DNA from: an uncultured Verrucomicrobiae bacterium | GTDB lineage: Bacteria > Verrucomicrobiota > Verrucomicrobiia > Chthoniobacterales > Chthoniobacteraceae | DNA length: 64,000 bases | Assembly (NCBI GenBank): GCA_963836755.1 | Contig: CAWIKF010000002.1 | Span: 1,440,001 to 1,504,000, forward strand | Direction: 5' to 3' | Part shown: piece by piece, positions 9,330 to 18,585 of the stretch | Numbering within the stretch: position 1 is the first letter of the stretch | Layout of the letters: every line of letters starts with the position of its first letter | The notes under the pieces: generated by a model | The model's input: only the letters and a program-made list of their open reading frames with translations | The model's database searches: none | Told to the model about the DNA's origin: nothing | Made by a program: the position numbers and the translations under genes

Positions 9330-9904
9330 TAAAACGGTTCCTCTGCGGTTGTTTTCGGTTGTTTTACCGCGCGCTTTTTCATCTCGAAAACCAGCTTCCA
9401 GATTTGATTGGACGTCGCGTCGCCGAGCGCGCACTTGTGTTTGCTGCGGCAGATCGCGGCGGCGTAGGCGAGGGTTTTCTCCGCTGCCTTGCACGCCTCA
9501 TCCAGCTTGTAGAGCGCGAGCCGCTTTGCCTCCGTCCCCTGCGCGAGCTGCGCCTCGAATGCCGCGCCGCTCATCCCTGCGAGATCGAGCAGCCACGCCT
9601 CGATGGTTTTGTAATCGCCCTGCACACAGAGGGTGAGGCCGTGCTTGCCAGTCGCTTTTTCCACCTCCGCGTGGCGGAAGGCGTCGGCCTCCGCCGTGGT
9701 CGCCGGATCGCGGCCGTGCACTACCGCAAAGGCTTGACGGCTCAGCATGCAGAGCCGCGCCTTTTGCTCGTTGCTCAAAACTCCGCCCGGTCCCTTTGGA
9801 TAAGGATTGCGGCGTGTTTTCCAGTTGTTGGAAAACTTTGTTTCCACGGCAGCGGCGTTTGCAATGCCCAGCGGGCGGAGGATGCGGATCGCGGCCGTTT
9901 TCAT
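9329..9904 (-). CDS. Phage hypothetical protein
   Basis: MKTAAIR start; LSNEQKARLCMLSRQAF helical region. Confidence 0.55.
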   Translation of the reverse strand: MKTAAIRILRPLGIANAAAVETKFSNNWKTRRNPYPKGPGGVLSNEQKARLCMLSRQAFAVVHGRDPATTAEADAFRHAEVEKATGKHGLTLCVQGDYKTIEAWLLDLAGMSGAAFEAQLAQGTEAKRLALYKLDEACKAAEKTLAYAAAICRSKHKCALGDATSNQIWKLVFEMKKRAVKQPKTTAEEPF

Positions 9905-10035
9905 GCGCGAAACAAAATCCGGTTGATGCGATGCCGGGCCTGCTCCCGGCGCAGAGCAGTCCACGCGCCGCGCGCTTTCCAGCCCGCCAGGAAAATACCG
10001 GCGGCGACTAGGGCGAAAAATCCGGTTTCGTTCAT
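9901..10035 (-). CDS. 44-aa membrane peptide
   Basis: Hand-translated MNETGFFALVAAGIFLAGWKARG...; ATGA overlaps on both sides. Confidence 0.55.
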   Translation of the reverse strand: MNETGFFALVAAGIFLAGWKARGAWTALRREQARHRINRILFRA

Positions 10036-10466
10036 GGCCGCTTTTCCTCCTCACCATCGGTTGCGGAAATGCCCGTATCGCCTCCGCGATGCCCCGCGAA
10101 ATCGCGAGCGGCTTTTTCGCGGGCAGACCGAGCGGATTCCCGGTTACGCACCGCCATGGCCGCGCCGACTCCAGCCTCTTCCAGGATGCGGAAAATCTCC
10201 GCGTCCTCCATTTGCCCGAGCACGATCGCGTGGGCGATCCGGCCGATGCGCGCGCCAAGCTCCGCGAGATTTTGCAGGAGCTCAGCGGCCGGGTCGTTTT
10301 CCTCCGCGTTGCGCGCGAGGTTGACCAGGGTGCAGTGGCATTGGTCGAGCGCGTCCTCAATTTCCTCGGGCGGATTTTCCTCCGCGTTTTGCCGCTGCAC
10401 GGTGATGAGCGTGAGCGCGTGGAAAATGGAAGGCTGGTCGGCAAACTTGATGCCCGGCTTTTTCAT
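10032..10466 (-). CDS. Phage hypothetical helical protein
   Basis: ATGA overlaps. Confidence 0.55.
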   Translation of the reverse strand: MKKPGIKFADQPSIFHALTLITVQRQNAEENPPEEIEDALDQCHCTLVNLARNAEENDPAAELLQNLAELGARIGRIAHAIVLGQMEDAEIFRILEEAGVGAAMAVRNRESARSAREKAARDFAGHRGGDTGISATDGEEEKRP

Positions 10467-11026
10467 TTTCCCCCTTTCGTCTCTTCCTCATTGCTTGCCT
10501 TCACCGCTTTGCCGAGATCGACCTTTGCCGTCTTGATGGTGCAGTTTTCCGTGCTGGTGCGCGTGATGCGCAGCCGTTTCAAGTCGGCATCGTCGAGCTT
10601 CTCGAGCGCCTCGAGGTCGAGCTCCTTGCGCGTGCGCAGGAAGGCTTCGCTCGGAGCCTCAGCCTGGGCGGCGAGCTCTTCGGCAATGCGCTGCTCAATG
10701 AGCACGATCGTGAGCTCCTCGTTTGCGACGTTGAGAGACGTCGTCTTGCGCAGGCTCACGCTGCCAAACGGCGTTTTGACGGTTTTCGATTCCCGAAACC
10801 AATCGGGGTTGGCGCGGGCGATCACCTCGATCGCCAGCTCGGTCTCGCTGATTTTTTGCTGAAAGGCCGCGTAGTCGCTCTTGCGTTCATCGACCAGGTC
10901 GATGAAGGCGGATTGCGCTTCGTTCTCGAGCGCGGCGAGTCGCGCCTTGGCTTCCGCGTAAACGCTCATGACGTTGACCAGGTTGGCGAAGTCGAGCGCG
11001 CGGGCTTTGGTGTTCATTTCGGGCAT
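10463..11026 (-). CDS. gam: Mu Gam-like host-nuclease inhibitor
   Basis: Coiled coil followed by KTVKTPFGSVSLRKT...FLRTRKELDLEAL. Confidence 0.75.
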   Translation of the reverse strand: MPEMNTKARALDFANLVNVMSVYAEAKARLAALENEAQSAFIDLVDERKSDYAAFQQKISETELAIEVIARANPDWFRESKTVKTPFGSVSLRKTTSLNVANEELTIVLIEQRIAEELAAQAEAPSEAFLRTRKELDLEALEKLDDADLKRLRITRTSTENCTIKTAKVDLGKAVKASNEEETKGGK

Positions 11027-11340
11027 GATGGGATTTCTGTTTTGGTTGCTGCTTTTTTTGTGGTGGTGATGAAATTGCGAAAGAGCGGTTTGCGATCGTC
11101 GGTCGCTTCCGGGCGGGCGAGGTGCTCGACGGCAGCCCACCATTTTTCGACGAAGTGATCGTGGCGGTAGAGCGCGCGGCGCAGCTCCGGATCGCCGATC
11201 ATCCCGAAACAGGAGACGCAAAAGGCGAGGCCGCGCTTTTTCGCAGCGGTGCAAATGCAATGGCCGCCGTTGATCACTTTCACCGCCGCGCGGATTTCCT
11301 GACGGCTCAAGCGCGGTTTGACGGTTTGCTCAGTGTCCAT
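11014..11340 (-). CDS. Cys-rich phage hypothetical protein
   Basis: CIC...FCVSC. Confidence 0.5.
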   Translation of the reverse strand: MDTEQTVKPRLSRQEIRAAVKVINGGHCICTAAKKRGLAFCVSCFGMIGDPELRRALYRHDHFVEKWWAAVEHLARPEATDDRKPLFRNFITTTKKAATKTEIPSCPK

Positions 11341-11563
11341 CGGTGGCCTCCTTTTGCATGGCTTCCCCCGGCGGCTCCGCGAGCTCTTCGCGCCGCGTCA
11401 AAATGAGCTTGGCGAGCCGGAAACCGGCGTTGGCGCAAGGGCTGTTTTCCGTCCATTTTTTGATGGACGGTTCAAAGACGATGTCGGCTTGGAATCCGCC
11501 GGCATGCGTCGGATCGTCCGTGAGCGTGATCACGCAGCGCTGGCGTTTTGCTTTAGTGCCCAT
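11330..11563 (-). CDS. Phage hypothetical protein
   Basis: Overlapping operon ORF. Confidence 0.45.
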   Translation of the reverse strand: MGTKAKRQRCVITLTDDPTHAGGFQADIVFEPSIKKWTENSPCANAGFRLAKLILTRREELAEPPGEAMQKEATDGH

Positions 11564-11906
11564 CGCCGGCCTCCACTTCTTTTTGCGCCGCGAGGGCAGC
11601 GCCACGCGCGGTGAAATAGCCGATCACCCCTGTGCGCACGCTTTCGTCCTGCCCGGCAAGAAAATCGGCCAGCAGCCGCAACATATTGCTCGTGCAGAGC
11701 GTCTCCGCGTTATCCTGCGTGAGTTGGTCGTCCCCCAAAAGCAGCGGGCGCATCCGCTGCATCTCCGCAAAGTTCGCCTCGAAGCTATCGAGCGCGCGGG
11801 CGACTTTCTGGATGAGCGCGAAGCGTTGCGCGATGAGTAGCTGTGACCACTCGCGCGGGAATTGCTTCGCGTTGACCTCCGGCGAACCGTCTGTTACCTC
11901 TGCCAT
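11553..11906 (-). CDS. Phage hypothetical protein
   Basis: Overlapping operon ORF, 117 aa. Confidence 0.5.
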   Translation of the reverse strand: MAEVTDGSPEVNAKQFPREWSQLLIAQRFALIQKVARALDSFEANFAEMQRMRPLLLGDDQLTQDNAETLCTSNMLRLLADFLAGQDESVRTGVIGYFTARGAALAAQKEVEAGDGH

Positions 11907-12274
11907 GGGAGCGCTCCTTTCGGGTTCATGCGGGCCGGTGCCACGGCGTTCGCGGCGCCGGCTCGCAACCGGATTTCATAATCCGCGCGAAACTTCACCG
12001 CGCGCCGCCACGCCTCTTCGCGGCCCAGCGTATCGACGCAGAATTTGCGGTTCGTGCCGCCGGCGTGGACGGCGAAGAATTTCCGTTTACAGCCGTGCGG
12101 TTTGCCGTTGGCGGTGACGACCAGGCTGATGCCGATGCAGCCGGTGCGATTGCGTTTTTCCCGCGCACACAGCGTGCCCGCCGGTTTGCCGGGGTGACGC
12201 TTGCGCACGGCGACGCGCTTGGTTTCTACATAGCGGCGATACCAGGCCGGGCAGTTCGGATCGGTGATGCTCAT
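11894..12274 (-). CDS. AP2-like DNA-binding protein
   Basis: RNRTGCIGISL...RKFCVDTLGREEAWRRAVKFR. Confidence 0.6.
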   Translation of the reverse strand: MSITDPNCPAWYRRYVETKRVAVRKRHPGKPAGTLCAREKRNRTGCIGISLVVTANGKPHGCKRKFFAVHAGGTNRKFCVDTLGREEAWRRAVKFRADYEIRLRAGAANAVAPARMNPKGALPWQR

Positions 12275-12729
12275 CGCGCTTCCTCCGTTTGACGAAACCG
12301 CGGGCGCAGCGAGACGCTGAGACAACCGCATGCACCAACGATTTTCTTGCCGCCACAGCGCTTGCAAAAGCGATCGAAAATCTGCTCGAGTAGCGTGATC
12401 CGCTCGAAGGTGGCGCTGTCGTCGATGAAATCGAGCACATCGCTTTCCTGCATCAGATCGACCACATCCTCCTCGCTCTCCTTTCCCACTTTTTCCTCGC
12501 GAGGGTCCTTTGCCTCGACTGGAAGGAACCGCTCTAAAATATCCAATTTTTCGTCTCCGGTGAGCGTTGCAAAAGCTTCCACCAGCAGCTCGAAACTTTC
12601 CGTGCCGACGCCGAGATACCAAGCGACGAACGGATCATCTTTGATGCGGCGTAGTATGTGACGGATCGCCTTCCGCGCCTGTTCCAGCGGTTCCAGTCCT
12701 TCCGCGTCCATGGAATGAGTCCGGTTCAT
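12271..12729 (-). CDS. Phage hypothetical protein
   Basis: ATGA overlap with the MuB stop. Confidence 0.55.
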   Translation of the reverse strand: MNRTHSMDAEGLEPLEQARKAIRHILRRIKDDPFVAWYLGVGTESFELLVEAFATLTGDEKLDILERFLPVEAKDPREEKVGKESEEDVVDLMQESDVLDFIDDSATFERITLLEQIFDRFCKRCGGKKIVGACGCLSVSLRPRFRQTEEAR

Positions 12730-13712
12730 CGGCTTGCCACCTCCTCCGTGACTGCGCTGGTGAAGAGCTCGATCCCCACCGGCTCGCCATCGGCCATCGT
12801 GTTCACGCGCTTGCAGACATCGCGCACAAACGCCAGCCGGCCGAAGTTTGCCGCCTTGTCGAGCACGAGGCGCAGCGCCTGTTTGCAGTCGCCATTGGCC
12901 CAATTCACACGCCGCTCCAGCAGCTTGCGCGCGTCGCTCTCCCGCACGTCGCGCCCGAGCCGGATCACTTCCGCGAGCCGGTTGCCGGTGAGCTGCCGGC
13001 ATTCCTCAAACGCTGCCGACTCGAGTTTTTTCCATAGCGTGTCGATCGCGATGTTGATGATCTCCCCATCGGTCTGGTTGATGATCGTCACCTCGACGTT
13101 GAGGTTTACGCGACCCAGGTGGTGCGCTTCCTCCACCACCAGGCAGCGGCGGCTTTCGCGCAGTTTGTCGATCACCTTGTTGAGCCGCTCGACGAGCACC
13201 ATCGGCAAATTCTGCTCGCCAAAAGCGATCAGGATCGCGCCTAGGAAAGCCATCGGGCTTCCATTCCAAGCCGCGCTCGCCTCAATTTTCAAAAGCCGCG
13301 AGCCGTATTTCTCGAGCAGGATTTTGCGAGCACAGGTTTTCCCCGATCCGCTGGGGCCGATCAGGAAAATTGCGCGGCCGTTGCCGCTCTCGCGCATCGT
13401 CTCGATGAAAACGCGGCGGAGCTGCACCACCGGCCAGAGGTCATCGTAAAGCTGCTCCTCGTGATCGTCGTCATCGCCGATCGATTCGATGAGCGCAAAG
13501 ACGCTCCGGTATTTCGAGAGCTGGTTCTCGAGGTCGAGATCAGCCAGCTCACCTTTCAAGATTTTCCCAAACGTGCGGTCGCTGCCGATGTCCGGAAACT
13601 TTTTGCGCAGTTGCGAAAAGCTGAGCCCCTTCGCTTCCTGGTAATCCTTCACGGCCAGTGCTTTTTCGCGCAGCTCGTTTGCCTCCATCGTGGTGAGAAG
13701 TTCCGGAGCCAT
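12726..13712 (-). CDS. MuB-like transposition AAA+ ATPase
   Basis: N-terminal HTH, Walker A GPSGSGKT, Walker B LVVEEAH; downstream of the transposase. Confidence 0.9.
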   Translation of the reverse strand: MAPELLTTMEANELREKALAVKDYQEAKGLSFSQLRKKFPDIGSDRTFGKILKGELADLDLENQLSKYRSVFALIESIGDDDDHEEQLYDDLWPVVQLRRVFIETMRESGNGRAIFLIGPSGSGKTCARKILLEKYGSRLLKIEASAAWNGSPMAFLGAILIAFGEQNLPMVLVERLNKVIDKLRESRRCLVVEEAHHLGRVNLNVEVTIINQTDGEIINIAIDTLWKKLESAAFEECRQLTGNRLAEVIRLGRDVRESDARKLLERRVNWANGDCKQALRLVLDKAANFGRLAFVRDVCKRVNTMADGEPVGIELFTSAVTEEVASR

Positions 13713-13913
13713 TTACGCCACCTCCTTTTTCGAGAGCTCTTGTTTGATGCAGATGTTGACGCCTGGATTATCCAAGCGCAGAACGATTTCGCCCTCTTCG
13801 GGTTTTACGTCTCCGGTGGACCATTCGAGGATGTCTTTCATCCTCAACTTCGGGTTGTTCGTGGCGATTTTGGCTTTCGCCAGGATTTCTCTTTCGAGTG
13901 TTTTTAGACTCAT
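13713..13913 (-). CDS. Small hypothetical protein between A and B
   Basis: 66 aa, abuts the MuB start. Confidence 0.55.
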   Translation of the reverse strand: MSLKTLEREILAKAKIATNNPKLRMKDILEWSTGDVKPEEGEIVLRLDNPGVNICIKQELSKKEVA

Positions 13914-13960
13914 TTTTTCGGGTTCTTTCTGTTTTTAGGTTCACTGCAAACGCCGGTGGT

Positions 13961-15733
13961 TCAGGCCGGCAAAATGTCTCCGCGCTCTCGCGCAGCGGCC
14001 TCGAGCCGCTCGATGCGGTTGATCTCCGCGGCTTCGTCCACGATGGACTCCGCCCCGCCGGCGGCGCGGCGTCCCCCCGAACGCGCGCCGCCGGATACGA
14101 CCGCGGACGGTTTTGAAATTTCGACCCGGCCGCCCTCGCCATTGTCAGCGCTGCGGACCCGCGAAAGCGTGTTGCGCAAACCGAGCGTGCGGACCTCGCT
14201 GATCACCGCGTCGGAAAAATCGCGACGGCGCTGGTAGCCGCTTTCGTCCTGCATTCCCGCCGCGAGCGCGAACTGCGGGCAGCCGTCTATGCACTCGGCA
14301 TGGCCAATGACAGTCCCGCTGTTTCTCCCTGTTAAACAAACGAGCGTTGCGCCGTTTTCCGGAATGTAGCTATCGAAATAGACGGCGATTTTTTCGCCTT
14401 CAAACCGCCACAGGTTTTCGTGGTGAAACCAGTGCGCGCCCTTGCTTTTGTCGTCGCGGGTAAAGCGGACCATCACGTGCGCCTTTGCGGCGGTGACTTC
14501 GCGCTTGTCGCGCGCAAAGAGCCAGCCCTGGTCGTCCTCCAGTTTTTTCAGCGGCTCAGCTCCGGTCCCTTGTTGCCAAAGCGCCGCCGGCACGCCGTGG
14601 TAAATGACTCCTTCCACCGGCTCCCAGTTCACGTAGTGGAGCCGCTTCTCGATTTCGTCGCACAATTTTTCAAAGCTCAAAAAGTGATCGCGCGGATCGC
14701 GCTGGCCGGCGCGGCACTGCATCCAAAGCTTCGTCGCCTTTTCAAACTCGCCCTGCCGCCGCCCGATCTGGCCGGGAATCGTGGCCATGACCTTTTGCAA
14801 AAAGTTAAACCGGTTCTCGATGATCTTCGTGGTCGGGCTCTGGCTCTCGATCACGCGCAACCCGAGTGCCGCCATGCCGCCCAGGCGCGCATCCTCATCC
14901 GTATGGCCAGCCTCGATCCGCGCCTCCTGGTCGCCGCGCAGTTTCTTCGCTGCCCAGGTGCCGCGCTCCCACCGCTCGCCGATCCGCGGCATCCCGATCT
15001 CGCGGTAGGTGGTCGCCACCCACTGCCAGATGTCATCGGCGCGGTAGCTGTCCTTTGGCCGAATCAGGAAATTGAAGCTCGGGAAAAACAGGCTCCCGAC
15101 GTCGATTTGCAAAAGATTCTGCCCGCGGAACGGGCGCACGCCAAACTTCTCGCTGCACGGATCGCCGCGCCACGGCCATTCCACCCAGCCGATGAAGTTG
15201 TTGCTCATGTCGTCGCGCTCGAAAAGGTCGCCCGGCTCGATTTTTTTCTCCGTCCCGCCGGCGTCGAGGTAGGTGAGCGTGCGCGGGTTGATGAAGCAGT
15301 TGATCCGCGTGCGGCGCGGCGACTTGTAAAAATTGACGACCTGGCTATCCACATGCGCCTGGCCGCGGAGTGTGGGTGTGAGTGTGTGCTTGGAGCTGCG
15401 CCGCGCGCGAATGACCTCCGCCACCTCCGGCCGGCACTGCGGACTGTCGGCCAGCATGCGCAGCGCCTGCGTCTTGCTCTCGAGCTTGACCGCAAGGTGT
15501 TTCACAAGCGTTTGCTCGCTTTCATTCAGCACTGCGAGCGGCTTGCGACCCGATTGAGTCCGGTCTGGCTCGAGCGCGGCGAGGCCGCCGGCGAGGTAGG
15601 CGCGCCGCCACCGCGAGATGTTCGCGGAGGAGACGCCGAGCACGAAGGCGATCTTGTTTTGACTGATGCCCTTGCTTTCGGCGAGGGCGACCTGCCGCAG
15701 GATTTGCTCACGCTCGAGCGCCGTCTGCGTCAT
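13961..15733 (-). CDS. MuA-like DDE-family transposase
   Basis: N-terminal HTH (ISRWRRAYLAGGLAAL), FERDD, ERGTW, KIIENRF; upstream of the AAA ATPase. Confidence 0.85.
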   Translation of the reverse strand: MTQTALEREQILRQVALAESKGISQNKIAFVLGVSSANISRWRRAYLAGGLAALEPDRTQSGRKPLAVLNESEQTLVKHLAVKLESKTQALRMLADSPQCRPEVAEVIRARRSSKHTLTPTLRGQAHVDSQVVNFYKSPRRTRINCFINPRTLTYLDAGGTEKKIEPGDLFERDDMSNNFIGWVEWPWRGDPCSEKFGVRPFRGQNLLQIDVGSLFFPSFNFLIRPKDSYRADDIWQWVATTYREIGMPRIGERWERGTWAAKKLRGDQEARIEAGHTDEDARLGGMAALGLRVIESQSPTTKIIENRFNFLQKVMATIPGQIGRRQGEFEKATKLWMQCRAGQRDPRDHFLSFEKLCDEIEKRLHYVNWEPVEGVIYHGVPAALWQQGTGAEPLKKLEDDQGWLFARDKREVTAAKAHVMVRFTRDDKSKGAHWFHHENLWRFEGEKIAVYFDSYIPENGATLVCLTGRNSGTVIGHAECIDGCPQFALAAGMQDESGYQRRRDFSDAVISEVRTLGLRNTLSRVRSADNGEGGRVEISKPSAVVSGGARSGGRRAAGGAESIVDEAAEINRIERLEAAARERGDILPA

Positions 15734-16066
15734 TTAGTTTTTCCCTCCCGCGATCGCCACGACCAGCGCCGCCAGCGCCAGCCACGCGGCCATGGCCCAA
15801 GGGCTTAAAAAACAATAAAACCCGGCGAGGCAAAGGAGCGTGAAAAGCCAATGGCTCTTGGTCTCATTAGCTGCGCAGACAAGGCCGACAAACAAGGTCA
15901 AGGCGCGCACCAGCAGGAGGAGCCAATCCATCGCCTCTTTCCAGTCAGTCACAGCGCCGGATGCGTTTCCGGGAAAGACGGTGCAGTAACTTTTAGCGGC
16001 AGCTACCAGCGTGAGCAGCAAAACCACCGTCACGGTCGATGAGAGGAAAAGTTTGCCGGCTTTCAT
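15734..16066 (-). CDS. Membrane protein
   Basis: 3-4 hydrophobic segments. Confidence 0.6.
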   Translation of the reverse strand: MKAGKLFLSSTVTVVLLLTLVAAAKSYCTVFPGNASGAVTDWKEAMDWLLLLVRALTLFVGLVCAANETKSHWLFTLLCLAGFYCFLSPWAMAAWLALAALVVAIAGGKN

Positions 16067-16902
16067 ACCTGCTCTCCCTGCAAATCCTCGGGCACCATTT
16101 CCGCGATCTCATTCCAAAGGGCCACGATGCGCTGGCGATGCTCAAAATCGACCTTCTTCCAGTTTTTAAACGCGCTTTTAACGCTGACCAAGCTTGTGTA
16201 ACACAACCGCGCGTAGTCGGTTTGTGCCTTGTGCTTGCCTTTGGTGCAGTCGCGGCCGGCCTGCCCGGCATAGATGCGCGTGATCGCCACCTGCTCCTCA
16301 ATGATCGCCTTGCGCACGAGCACCCAATCTTCCGCGCTGCACTTTTTGTGCAGCTCCGCGAGCAGCGTGAAATACTGGTAAGGGACCTTGTAACGCTCTG
16401 CGATTTCGCGGTAGCTGGCGTCCGCTGCCTCGCTGTTTTTGCCGATGGTGGCCACTGAATGAACACCATCGCCATTCTTGGCGTGATTGCGGTTTTTGCC
16501 ATTCGCCTTCGCGAGATTCGACTTCCGCTTTTTCGCTTGTTTTACAAGTGCGGGGTGTTTCTCAAAGAGCAGCAACACGACGCCGCTTTTTGTGAGCTGC
16601 CGCCCCGTCGTGACCTCATCGATCACAAACTCCATGAGCGAATTTTCCGCGATGCCATTCACCAGAACCGGCACGCGTGAAAGCCCGAGCTCAATCGCGC
16701 TTTTGCGCCGGCCGCGGCCCGAGTAGATGGCGATCCGCCCGGTCTGCGGCACGATCACGCCGCGTAGCTCGACCTTGATCCCCTGCGCGGCGATCGAGGC
16801 TTTTAAATTTTCGTATTGGTCGGGAGCCTGCTCAGGAAATCCGTGGAGGATTGGATGAATTTCAAGTTCGCCCGGCGCGAGGTGTTTTAGTTGTGGGTCC
16901 AT
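16063..16902 (-). CDS. ParB-like protein
   Basis: LEIHP...LKASIAAQGI...IYSGRGRRKSAIELGL ParB N-terminal fold, then HTH (YREIAERYKV). Confidence 0.75.
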   Translation of the reverse strand: MDPQLKHLAPGELEIHPILHGFPEQAPDQYENLKASIAAQGIKVELRGVIVPQTGRIAIYSGRGRRKSAIELGLSRVPVLVNGIAENSLMEFVIDEVTTGRQLTKSGVVLLLFEKHPALVKQAKKRKSNLAKANGKNRNHAKNGDGVHSVATIGKNSEAADASYREIAERYKVPYQYFTLLAELHKKCSAEDWVLVRKAIIEEQVAITRIYAGQAGRDCTKGKHKAQTDYARLCYTSLVSVKSAFKNWKKVDFEHRQRIVALWNEIAEMVPEDLQGEQV

Positions 16903-16947
16903 GTTTTTGCGTTGGTTGGTCAAAAAAAGTTTTCATGCCGCGGCCTT

Positions 16948-17166
16948 TCACGTGTTTAACGGGAGTTTCATTTGCGCTGAGGCGAAGAGCTCAAGCTGTG
17001 AATCCGCGTCCACGAGGTTCCGGACGATCTGGCGGAGCTGGCTGAGGCCGTCGAAGTCGCCGCTCATCATCGTCATGCCGCGCAGGTAGCGAACGCCTTC
17101 CGCCAGCGGCATCGTGCGCGCGTGGCGGATCGATTCCGCGAGAAAGAATTTCTCGTCGCCCGTCAT
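16948..17166 (-). CDS. Phage hypothetical protein
   Basis: ATGA overlap with the Ner-like gene. Confidence 0.55.
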   Translation of the reverse strand: MTGDEKFFLAESIRHARTMPLAEGVRYLRGMTMMSGDFDGLSQLRQIVRNLVDADSQLELFASAQMKLPLNT

Positions 17167-17339
17167 GATTTTGCCCCCGCTTTCAAGGCGCGATAACGGG
17201 CCAGAAGCGACTCGCTTTTGCGCTCCCGCTTGAGCACACGCCAAAGGTGAGTGCGATTGACTCCCAGCTTTTGTGCGTCGCGCCCGATTCCAGCGAAGCG
17301 CTTTTTCTTGCTTTTCTTTTTGTTGCTGGCAACAATCAC
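17163..17339 (-). CDS. Ner/Cro-like small HTH regulator
   Basis: GIGRDAQKLGVNRTHLWRVLKRERKS; divergent from the repressor; start uncertain. Confidence 0.65.
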   Translation of the reverse strand: MIVASNKKKSKKKRFAGIGRDAQKLGVNRTHLWRVLKRERKSESLLARYRALKAGAKS

Positions 17340-17348
17340 AGGAGTTGT

Positions 17349-17410
17349 GTAAACCGCTAATGTTAACAAGGCAACAAAAAAGTGAACACTTCTGCCGACT
17401 TTGTTAACAA
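17349..17410. promoter_or_regulatory. Lysis-lysogeny switch region with GTTAAC-type operator palindromes
   Basis: TGTTAACA 17361-68, TTGTTAACAA 17401-10, GTAAAC 17349, GTGAAC 17382; further GTTAAC at 17568 and 17601. Confidence 0.55.
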
Positions 17411-18032
17411 GCTCAAGGCGTGGCGTGAGCGGCGGATGCTTTCGCAGGAGGACGCAGCAAAGCTGCTTGGTGTCTCGAGGTCGTATCTAAGCCAGTTGGA
17501 GAACGGTCGGGAGCCAGGGATCGAGCTGCTCGTTAATTTCAAGCATCTTGAGTTGAGTGAACAAAGAGTTAACTTTCAACAGCAGTCGCAAGGGTTTTCA
17601 GTTAACGCAGAATCGCCGCCGGCTTATCCCGCGGTTCCGATCCGCGGCGTGCCGCTGATTTCATGGGCCTCCGCCGGCGAGGCTGTTTCCTATGAGGAAT
17701 TGCCGCTCGACTGGCAGGCTACGGTGCCGACCACGGCGCGCGATGAGAAAGCTTTTGCCATCACCATCCAGGGCGATTCCATGGAGCCAAAATTCTCCGC
17801 TGGCGACCGCCTGATTTTGCTGCCGAGCGTGCCACCGCGTAACGGTTGCCTGGTCGTCGCGCGCTTCCGTTCAGACGGCGTGGTTTTCAAGCTGTTTAAC
17901 ATCGTCAACAGCACGGAGCGCGCTTTTCGGCTCACGAGTTACAACCCCGTTTATCCGCCGCTCGATTGCAGGGAAGAAGATTTCGACTGGATTTATCCTG
18001 TCTTCGAAGTGCTTAAAAACGTCTGGAGATGA
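17382..18032 (+). CDS. CI/LexA-like prophage repressor (HTH-XRE + S24 peptidase)
   Basis: LSQEDAAKLLGVSRSYLSQLENG; ASAG cleavage site; IQGDSMEP; VVFK. Confidence 0.93.
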   Translation: MNTSADFVNKLKAWRERRMLSQEDAAKLLGVSRSYLSQLENGREPGIELLVNFKHLELSEQRVNFQQQSQGFSVNAESPPAYPAVPIRGVPLISWASAGEAVSYEELPLDWQATVPTTARDEKAFAITIQGDSMEPKFSAGDRLILLPSVPPRNGCLVVARFRSDGVVFKLFNIVNSTERAFRLTSYNPVYPPLDCREEDFDWIYPVFEVLKNVWR

Positions 18033-18036
18033 ATGG

Positions 18037-18585
18037 ATGAGCGTCGCGTTTGTCACCGTGGTCGCGACGATTTTTTTAATCCCGTTCTGGCTGAGGTCCC
18101 GACGCGGAATCTTTCGCAACCCGAAGCAGGCGGTTCCTTTCATCATTAAAAACTTCCACACCTTGACCCAAAAAGAATTTCAACCGCTCGAGCACTCACT
18201 CTCGCGCCGCTTTCCGCGCAGCCCGGAGCTTGATTTGATTTACGCGCTGCGCGTGTCGTTGCCGGTGCGGCAGGTTACAAGCATAAAAACGCTTGGTTCG
18301 CGGTGGAGCTGCGCAAACTTCGGCGCCGGAGGCTCTGGTTTGCAGCTCGCCTCCGATTCTCGAAACCATCGCGCCGCTCAAACTTTTCTGACCCGCTTCT
18401 ATTTGGAAAAGTTTCGCGAGCTGGCTACGCATGAAATGGAAACCGCGCGCGAAAAGGAACTGCACAGCCGCCGGAGCGGAGCGACGGCGCGGGTTCGCAA
18501 GAAGATCACGGATTCGCAATACGACTTCATTCCCGAGTTGCCAGGCTTACGCGAAGAGATCGACCGCTTCTTGAAATCCCCATGA
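18037..18585 (+). CDS. Membrane-anchored moron protein
   Basis: N-terminal TM helix; co-oriented with the repressor. Confidence 0.55.
   Translation: MSVAFVTVVATIFLIPFWLRSRRGIFRNPKQAVPFIIKNFHTLTQKEFQPLEHSLSRRFPRSPELDLIYALRVSLPVRQVTSIKTLGSRWSCANFGAGGSGLQLASDSRNHRAAQTFLTRFYLEKFRELATHEMETAREKELHSRRSGATARVRKKITDSQYDFIPELPGLREEIDRFLKSP

Noticed and set aside
14420..15808. Long antisense ORFs (e.g. 14420..15808, 50445..51740, 55943..57046)
   Set aside because: Shadow ORFs of real genes in GC-rich DNA, with no motifs
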